Of a stretch of DNA of 64,000 bases, positions 57,959 through 64,000 are shown in pieces. The stretch spans positions 1,536,001 through 1,600,000 of the forward strand of contig OY729427.2 in NCBI GenBank assembly GCA_963422375.2, in the 5' to 3' direction. The position numbers and the translations under genes are program-made. Numbering within the stretch: the stretch's first letter is position 1; each line of letters opens with the position of its first letter. The notes under the pieces are model-generated. The model had not been told where the DNA came from and did not search any database. It saw only the letters and a program-made list of their open reading frames with translations. The DNA is from Bryobacterales bacterium (GTDB taxonomy: Bacteria; Acidobacteriota; Terriglobia; Bryobacterales; UBA6623).

Positions 57959-60900
57959 TCAGTACCGCATCAAGAACTCGTGCTTGTTGAACAGCGCCCG
58001 CGCCACCGTGGCCCAAGCTGCCAGCTCGGTCTCCCCGAGGCCGGGCGGGATGCGCGAGATCCCCGTCGCGAGGAGCTCCCGCGCCCGTCCGGGGTCGCTC
58101 TCGAAGCTCTCTCGCTGCGCTTCCAGAAGGCGCTGCACGATGTCCCGCTCCCGTGCGGTCGGCGGGCGCGAGAACGCCTCGCGGAAGGCGAATTCGACCC
58201 TCTTCCTGGCGCTCCCGCCTCCCTCGCGCAGGATGCGAGCCGCGAAGGCGCGAGCCGCTTCCACGTAGCTGGGATCGTTGAGGAGCACCAGCGACTGCAA
58301 CGGAGTGTTGGAAACCGCCCGCTCGGCGGCGCACTCTTCGCGGGCCGGGGCGTCGAAGGCCATCAGCGACGGATGCACGTACTGCCGCTGCCAGTGCGTG
58401 TAGAGGCCCCGGCGGAACTGGTTGGGATCCAGGTCGGGCTCGTACACGCGCTTCGGGAAGTTGAGCTCCCGGTAGTAGCCGACCGGCTGGTACGGCTTGA
58501 CGCTCGGACCACCCAGCCGGCGGTTCAGCAGGCCGCTCACGGCCAGCGCGTTGTCGCGCACAAACTCGGCATCGATCCGCGCCATGACCTGCCGCCCGTG
58601 GAGACGGTTGTACGGGTCGGCCGCCAGCAGCTCGTCCGTGGGCTCGCTCGAGCGCCGGTAGGTCTCGGAGAGCAGCATCGTCTTCACTAGGTGGCGCACG
58701 TCCCAGCCGCTCTCGACGAACTCCACGGCCAGCCAGTCGAGCAGCTCCGGGTTGACGGGAGGCTCGCCTTGCGATCCCAAGTCGTCCAGCACTTTCGACA
58801 GGCCCGTGCCGAAGAAGGCCTTCCAGAGGCGGTTCGCGAAGACGCGAGCCGTCAGAGGATTGTCGGGGCTCGTCACCCACTCCGCAAGCTCCAGCCGCGT
58901 CAGCCGGCGGCCATCGGTGGGCAGCGGGCCGAGGAAGTGCGGCACCTGCGGCTGGACCGTCTCGCCCGAGTCGTCCATCCAGTTCCCCCGCGGGAGTATC
59001 CGCATGGTCCGGGGCTCGTCCACCGCCCTGGCCACCAGCGACTCGTGCGCGCCGTCGACCAGCGCCTTCCTGCGACGCTCGAGCGCACGGACGTCCCGCC
59101 ATGCCGCGTTGCCTCCGACGAACCGCTCGAAGGCGCTCTCGAGCGCGGCGGTCTGCTCCGGCGTGCGAGGGCCTTCGGCCAAGACGGCCTCGCGCAGGGT
59201 CCCGGCGACCGGCAGTTCCGGGAATTCCGAGTCGCTGCCAAGGAGACGAAAGCGCGAGGGCAGGCCTCGGCTCGTTCGAGCGTGGGCGATGAGAGAGACT
59301 TCCAAGCGCTCGCCCGGGTTGGTCCGCAGGGGCGCCTCGAACACGTACGCCGCCCGGCGCTGCCGGTCCTGCTCCCAATCGCCGTGCCAGCCCGAGTGGT
59401 AGTTGTCGTCCAGCGTGTCCCGCAGCATCGATCCTGGCCTCTCCCGGTCGGGCAGCAGGCCGGTCAGTGAAACGCGCACGGGCCAGTCCTCCCTGCCGAG
59501 CAGGCGCACCTGGAACTCGCTGAGGTAGAAGGAATCGAAGTCCCCGGTCGGGAATAGCTCGAGGGCGACCGCCGTCAGCAAGCCCTGCTCCAGGGGGATC
59601 TCGACGCGCTGAATCGCCTCGCCCGGCTTCCGATCCCCCTTCAGAGCGAGGCGCACTACGGCGTCGGACTCTTCCGCCAGTTCGAACCGGTCGCACTGGT
59701 CGAAATCCGGGTGACCGCAGTCGGCCCATGCCCGGTCGGGATCCAGCGGCTGCCAGCGCAGCAAGTCGTCGCGCAGGTACGCGGCGAAGTTCTCGAGGGC
59801 CCGCGGGCCCGTCGCCAGCTCGCGCCTGCCTTCGCCGCGCAGCGCCCGCAGGCGAGCCTCGATGCCGTCCATCTCGGATTGCGCGGAAGGATCCAGCACG
59901 CGAACGCTCGAGCCCCAAGCCGCGTTGCCCGAGAAGACGCCTTTCTCCTCGATGTCCGCGAAGAAGGCGGCCATCGAGTAGAAGTCCCTCGCTAGGAACG
60001 GATCGAACTTGTGGTCGTGGCACTCGGCACATCCGAGCGTCGAGCCGAGCCACACGGTGGAGATGTTGCGTACTCGGTCCGAAGCGTACTTGGCGAGGTA
60101 CTCCTTCGCCTGGGAGCCGCCCTCGTTGGTCATGCGGCTCAGACGGTTGTACCCGCTCGCTACCAGCTGCGAGGGCGTCGGGTCCGGCAGCAGGTCGCCG
60201 GCCAGGTGCTCGCGCGTCATCACGTCGAACGGCGTGTTCCCGTTGAACGACCGCACCACGTAGTCCCGGAACGGATACACGTTGACCGGGACGTCGCCGT
60301 GATAGCCGGTGGTGTCGGCGTAGCGAACCAAGTCCAGCCAGTGAACCGCCATGCGCTCGCCGTAGTGCGGGGAGTCGAGGAACGAGTCCACCAAGCGCTC
60401 GTAGGCGTCCGGCCGACCGTCCCGCACGAAGGCCTCCACGACCTCTGCCCGGGGCGGGAGGCCCGTCAGGTCGAAGCTGACACGGCGGGCCAGGGTGCGG
60501 CGACCGGCTTCGCCGACAGGCTCCAAGCCGCTCTCCGCGAGCCGGCGGCGGATGAAATGGTCGATCCCCGCGAAGCCTCCCGGGGCCTCGGGCCTGCGCG
60601 GCTTGATGTAGGCCCAGTGCTCTTGGTACTCGGCGCCCTCGGCCACCCACGCCGACAGGGCCTCCTTCTGCTCGCCGGTCAGCTTCTTGTCCGTGGCGAC
60701 CGGGGGCATCACGAGCGCGGGATTCTCCTGCAGCACCCGCTGCACGAGCCTGCTCGCCTCGGCGTCCCCGGGCTGGATCACGCCGCGGGCGAGCGCGTCG
60801 CCGCGCCGGTCGAGCCGCAGGCCCGCCTGCCTGGCGTTGCTGTCGGGCCCGTGGCAGGCGAAGCAGTTCTCGGACAGGATCGGCCGGATGTCCCGGTTGA

Positions 60901-60964
60901 ACTCAACGCGTTCCGCAGCGGAAGCCGCGACGCAAGCGAGCGCGCCGGCCGCGAGCAATCTCAT
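57959..60964 (-). CDS. PSCyt1/DUF1549/DUF1553 planctomycete-type cytochrome c protein
   Basis: CFACHGPD, CAECHDHKFDP, NPLTARVFANRLW, SNTPLQSLVLLND. Confidence 0.93.
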   Translation of the reverse strand: MRLLAAGALACVAASAAERVEFNRDIRPILSENCFACHGPDSNARQAGLRLDRRGDALARGVIQPGDAEASRLVQRVLQENPALVMPPVATDKKLTGEQKEALSAWVAEGAEYQEHWAYIKPRRPEAPGGFAGIDHFIRRRLAESGLEPVGEAGRRTLARRVSFDLTGLPPRAEVVEAFVRDGRPDAYERLVDSFLDSPHYGERMAVHWLDLVRYADTTGYHGDVPVNVYPFRDYVVRSFNGNTPFDVMTREHLAGDLLPDPTPSQLVASGYNRLSRMTNEGGSQAKEYLAKYASDRVRNISTVWLGSTLGCAECHDHKFDPFLARDFYSMAAFFADIEEKGVFSGNAAWGSSVRVLDPSAQSEMDGIEARLRALRGEGRRELATGPRALENFAAYLRDDLLRWQPLDPDRAWADCGHPDFDQCDRFELAEESDAVVRLALKGDRKPGEAIQRVEIPLEQGLLTAVALELFPTGDFDSFYLSEFQVRLLGREDWPVRVSLTGLLPDRERPGSMLRDTLDDNYHSGWHGDWEQDRQRRAAYVFEAPLRTNPGERLEVSLIAHARTSRGLPSRFRLLGSDSEFPELPVAGTLREAVLAEGPRTPEQTAALESAFERFVGGNAAWRDVRALERRRKALVDGAHESLVARAVDEPRTMRILPRGNWMDDSGETVQPQVPHFLGPLPTDGRRLTRLELAEWVTSPDNPLTARVFANRLWKAFFGTGLSKVLDDLGSQGEPPVNPELLDWLAVEFVESGWDVRHLVKTMLLSETYRRSSEPTDELLAADPYNRLHGRQVMARIDAEFVRDNALAVSGLLNRRLGGPSVKPYQPVGYYRELNFPKRVYEPDLDPNQFRRGLYTHWQRQYVHPSLMAFDAPAREECAAERAVSNTPLQSLVLLNDPSYVEAARAFAARILREGGGSARKRVEFAFREAFSRPPTARERDIVQRLLEAQRESFESDPGRARELLATGISRIPPGLGETELAAWATVARALFNKHEFLMRY

Positions 60965-61047
60965 TCCCGATCACCTGGATACTTCGGGCGGCAAGGGCGC
61001 CCGCCGCCCACAGACAATGTACCAGCAGGCGGCGCGGACGGCGCCTG

Positions 61048-62394
61048 CTAGCGCTCCGGCGGGCCGAGATACAGCCCCGCACCGACCAGCACGGGCACGC
61101 CCTGGGCGGAAACAGTCTCCAAGTACGAGACCTTCGTCTCCGCACGCCCCGTCGTGGGGTTGAACATCTCGTAGGTGAAGTACACGTCCCCGAAGGTCCG
61201 GGCCACACCCAGCATGTCGCGACCGCCGAGCGGCCCGTCAGGAGCGAGCAGGCCCTTGAATTCCAAGAGCTCCCGGCCGTCGACGCGAACGAGATTCCCG
61301 GTGAAGAGCTGCGCTCCGGTGCGTGGGTCGACGCCGAACACGTAGATCGACCCGCTCCTCCAGCGCGGGTCGCGGGCCAGCGCGAGGGTCGCGAAGAAGC
61401 CCTTCCGCTCGACGAGATTCGCCGCGCAGCGCACGAACGCCTCGAGGTTGCGGTCGGTCAGGTCGGCCTCCAGCCTGCTGGCGCTCACGTGGTCCGCGTG
61501 GCAGGTCCCGGGAAGGTTCGCCTCGTAGACCCCGGCTCCGAGAACGGCGCGCTTGCCGTCCCAGTCGACCTCGGCCGCGAACGTCGCCTTGGGCTCCGCC
61601 AAGCCGGTATCCGGGTTGCGGAAGCTGTAGTAGGCCCATCCGGCCCCCGTGGCGTCCACCACCCGGTAAATCTCGTTCTGGATGTCGGTGCCGAAGCTGT
61701 CGACGCTCGGCCCGCCGAGGCCCTCCTCCAGCGACGGGTCCGGAGGGAAGACGATGGAGTTGAACTGCGTCGTCCCGGGCAGGAGTTCGTCGACGAAGAC
61801 GTAGGTCGGCCCGCTCTTCCAGCGGGCGTCCTCGCGGAAGGCGCGCGCGGCTTCCGCCGTGCCGTGGAGCGCCAAGTATTCCAAGGCGCAGTTCACGAAG
61901 GCTACCACGTCCGACCGCGAGCGGACCGCGGCGGCCCGGACCGACTTGTCGCTGCAAGGAGGCACGTCCATCCGCGGTCCGTCGGCTTGGGATGGATCCC
62001 CAACTGCCGCTATCACGGCAGCCGCTGCGACCCCCTCGGCGATGTCGCTCCCAAGCTCGAATTCAGAAGCGCATTTGAGGAGCGAGGGGATATCGGCAGC
62101 CGTGCCCGGGACCGGCTGCGTCGTCAGATTCGTTTCGCAGTCGGGCAGCTCGCCGATCGATGTGGCGCCGAGCACGGTTTGCAGGATCTGACCGAAGATA
62201 TCCAGAACGACCTCCTCCGGCCCGACGTCCTGGAGGCCGGTGAAGATGCAGTTCAGCGCGGCGGCTAGGTCGTCCGCCGAGCGGATCTCGATGGGATTGC
62301 TTCCGGGTTGCGGGCACAGCGGGAGCTGCGCCCGGAGGGGCTGCGCGGCGAGCGCGACAAGAATCGCTGCGGTTGCGACGAACGATGCTCTCAT
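61048..62394 (-). CDS. Secreted protein with two Cache-like domains
   Basis: Signal peptide; two units of W(K/R)SGxxYVF...YxFxNPxTGxAExKx(T/S); no downstream transmembrane or signalling domain. Confidence 0.75.
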   Translation of the reverse strand: MRASFVATAAILVALAAQPLRAQLPLCPQPGSNPIEIRSADDLAAALNCIFTGLQDVGPEEVVLDIFGQILQTVLGATSIGELPDCETNLTTQPVPGTAADIPSLLKCASEFELGSDIAEGVAAAAVIAAVGDPSQADGPRMDVPPCSDKSVRAAAVRSRSDVVAFVNCALEYLALHGTAEAARAFREDARWKSGPTYVFVDELLPGTTQFNSIVFPPDPSLEEGLGGPSVDSFGTDIQNEIYRVVDATGAGWAYYSFRNPDTGLAEPKATFAAEVDWDGKRAVLGAGVYEANLPGTCHADHVSASRLEADLTDRNLEAFVRCAANLVERKGFFATLALARDPRWRSGSIYVFGVDPRTGAQLFTGNLVRVDGRELLEFKGLLAPDGPLGGRDMLGVARTFGDVYFTYEMFNPTTGRAETKVSYLETVSAQGVPVLVGAGLYLGPPER

Positions 62395-62562
62395 GCATTC
62401 ATGTTCACACGAACCTGTACTGCGATGCCGCTCGATGGCGCCGTTCACGGCTGATCCCGCGGGGTCGAAGCTCGCTGCGGGGCAGAATCGCACGCTCGCG
62501 ACGCCCGCGCGTCGCGCTCCGCTGGAAGCCCGGCCAGGGGCTCAGGGTACGATGGCCCTGCC

Positions 62563-63996
62563 ATGACCCGATCGACTCATTCCGGCGGCCGCCGGCTTGG
62601 CGCGACGCTGGCCGCCTGCAGCCTGTTCGCGGGATGCTCGGCGGCCGGTCCCGACAGGCCCAACATCGTCCTCCTGCTGGCGGACGACCTCGGCTACGGC
62701 AGCGTCTCCTGGTACGGCGGCGACATTCCAACCCCACATATCGACTCGATCGCCGCGAACGGGGTCGGATTCACATCGGGGTACATGACCGCACCCGTGT
62801 GCAACCCGTCGCGGCCCGCCCTGATGACCGGACGCTACCAGCAGCGCTGGGGCAAGGAACTGAACTCGCAGACCGCGCCGCCCGTCGGCGCACCCCGCAA
62901 GTCCCTGCCCCGGAGCGAGACGACGCTCGCGACGGCCCTCAAGCGGGCCGGCTACGCGACGGGCGCCGTCGGCAAGTGGCAGCTGGGGATGGACGACGGC
63001 TACCACCCGCTGGACCGGGGGTTCGATTCGTTCCTAGGAATGCCTTCCGGGGCGCGCTTCGTCGACCCGCTCCGGCCGGACGCCCGCATCGCTCCCGGAC
63101 ACGAGGACTCCGGGGAGAGCGACTCCACCGGGCGCTACCGCGGCCTGATCAGCGGACGGGCGCAGCGGATTCCGATGGACGAGTACCTCACCGACCGCCT
63201 CGGCCGGGAGGGCGTCAGCTTCGTCGAGCGCCACAGGCACAGGCGGTTCTTCCTTTACCTCGCGTTCCACGCGCCGCACGGGCCGATCCAGACTATCGAC
63301 AAGTACTACCAGCGCTTCCCGCAAATCGACAACGAGACGGCGCGCATCTACGCGGCGATGATCAGCGCGCTGGACGACTGGGTCGGCGCGGTCCTGGCGG
63401 CGCTGCGCGAGCACGGGCTCGAAGAGACAACGCTGGTGATCTTCACCAGCGACAACGGAGCGGCGAAGGGGAGCGACATCGACGGCAAGCGCAACTACCC
63501 GCTGACCGGCCACAAGCGCAACCTGTACGAAGGGGGCATCCGGGTCCCCTACGCTATGCAGTGGAAGGGACGCATTCGGGGCGGAATGAAGTTCGAGCCG
63601 CCGGTCAGCTCCCTCGACATCTTCCCGACCGCCCTCGAGGCCGTCGGCGCGAGCTGGGACGGCGCGGCACCCCTCGACGGCACGAGCCTGCTTCCGTTCC
63701 TGGACGGCAAGCGAACCGGCACGCCTCACGAGCACCTCGTCTGGCGGTCCGGACCCAACAGGGCGGTTCGCAGCGGTCCGTGGAAGCTCCTCCTCTCGGG
63801 CGACGGACTGACGCGGCTCTACGACGTGGACAAGGATCCGAGCGAGACGGCGGACCTTTCGGCCGAGCGGGGGCCCGTCGTCGAGAAGCTGCGGCAGGCC
63901 CTCGACGAATGGGCCTCAGACAAGGCCCCGCCCCGAGAGGGAGCGCGGTCCGTCAAGACGAGATACCACGGCGACCTATTTGACTGGCACATCTAG
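62563..63996 (+). CDS. Sulfatase (Cys-type, lipoprotein)
   Basis: LFAGC lipobox, PNIVLLLADDLG, CNPSR, GKWQLG, FTSDNG, YEGGIRVP. Confidence 0.95.
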   Translation: MTRSTHSGGRRLGATLAACSLFAGCSAAGPDRPNIVLLLADDLGYGSVSWYGGDIPTPHIDSIAANGVGFTSGYMTAPVCNPSRPALMTGRYQQRWGKELNSQTAPPVGAPRKSLPRSETTLATALKRAGYATGAVGKWQLGMDDGYHPLDRGFDSFLGMPSGARFVDPLRPDARIAPGHEDSGESDSTGRYRGLISGRAQRIPMDEYLTDRLGREGVSFVERHRHRRFFLYLAFHAPHGPIQTIDKYYQRFPQIDNETARIYAAMISALDDWVGAVLAALREHGLEETTLVIFTSDNGAAKGSDIDGKRNYPLTGHKRNLYEGGIRVPYAMQWKGRIRGGMKFEPPVSSLDIFPTALEAVGASWDGAAPLDGTSLLPFLDGKRTGTPHEHLVWRSGPNRAVRSGPWKLLLSGDGLTRLYDVDKDPSETADLSAERGPVVEKLRQALDEWASDKAPPREGARSVKTRYHGDLFDWHI

Positions 63997-64000
63997 CCGC

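Noticed and set aside
57597..60650. 1017-aa alternative-frame ORF and similar long shadow ORFs (for example 13391-15748)
   Set aside because: They are Arg/Gly/Pro-rich shadows of real genes or transposase remnants in high-GC DNA.

Overview
GC-rich bacterial chromosome segment, most consistent with an Acidobacteriota (Bryobacterales-like) organism, judging from the 16S 5' signature, an Oar-like TonB receptor and DUF1501/DUF1553 clusters. The core content is gyrA, a GntP permease, purE, a LysM lytic transglycosylase, a PQQ-propeller protein, a CE15 esterase, an SLC13 permease, an Fpg/Nei glycosylase, dusB, ccsA-hemA-hemC, HIT, HU/IHF, an S1 protein, a full rRNA operon (16S-tRNA-Ala-tRNA-Ile-23S-5S, minus strand), sodA, hsp20-clpB, a TonB receptor, two planctomycete-type cytochrome/DUF1501 clusters, a secreted double-Cache protein and a sulfatase. 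Four decayed accessory patches are interspersed: (1) a truncated DNA methyltransferase; (2) HTH/NUDIX pseudogenes beside an IS1595-ISNCY chimera; (3) a collapsed BREX type 3 relic with a PIN module and an IS110 pseudogene; (4) a DUF4365 two-gene module disrupted by two inverted copies of a 255-bp MITE that carries tandem NrdR-box-like sites. Window-wide patterns include many apparently leaderless genes, 16S mismatches to common primers, and motif-specific mutational signatures. Family assignments come from recognising motifs by eye; no database search was run.
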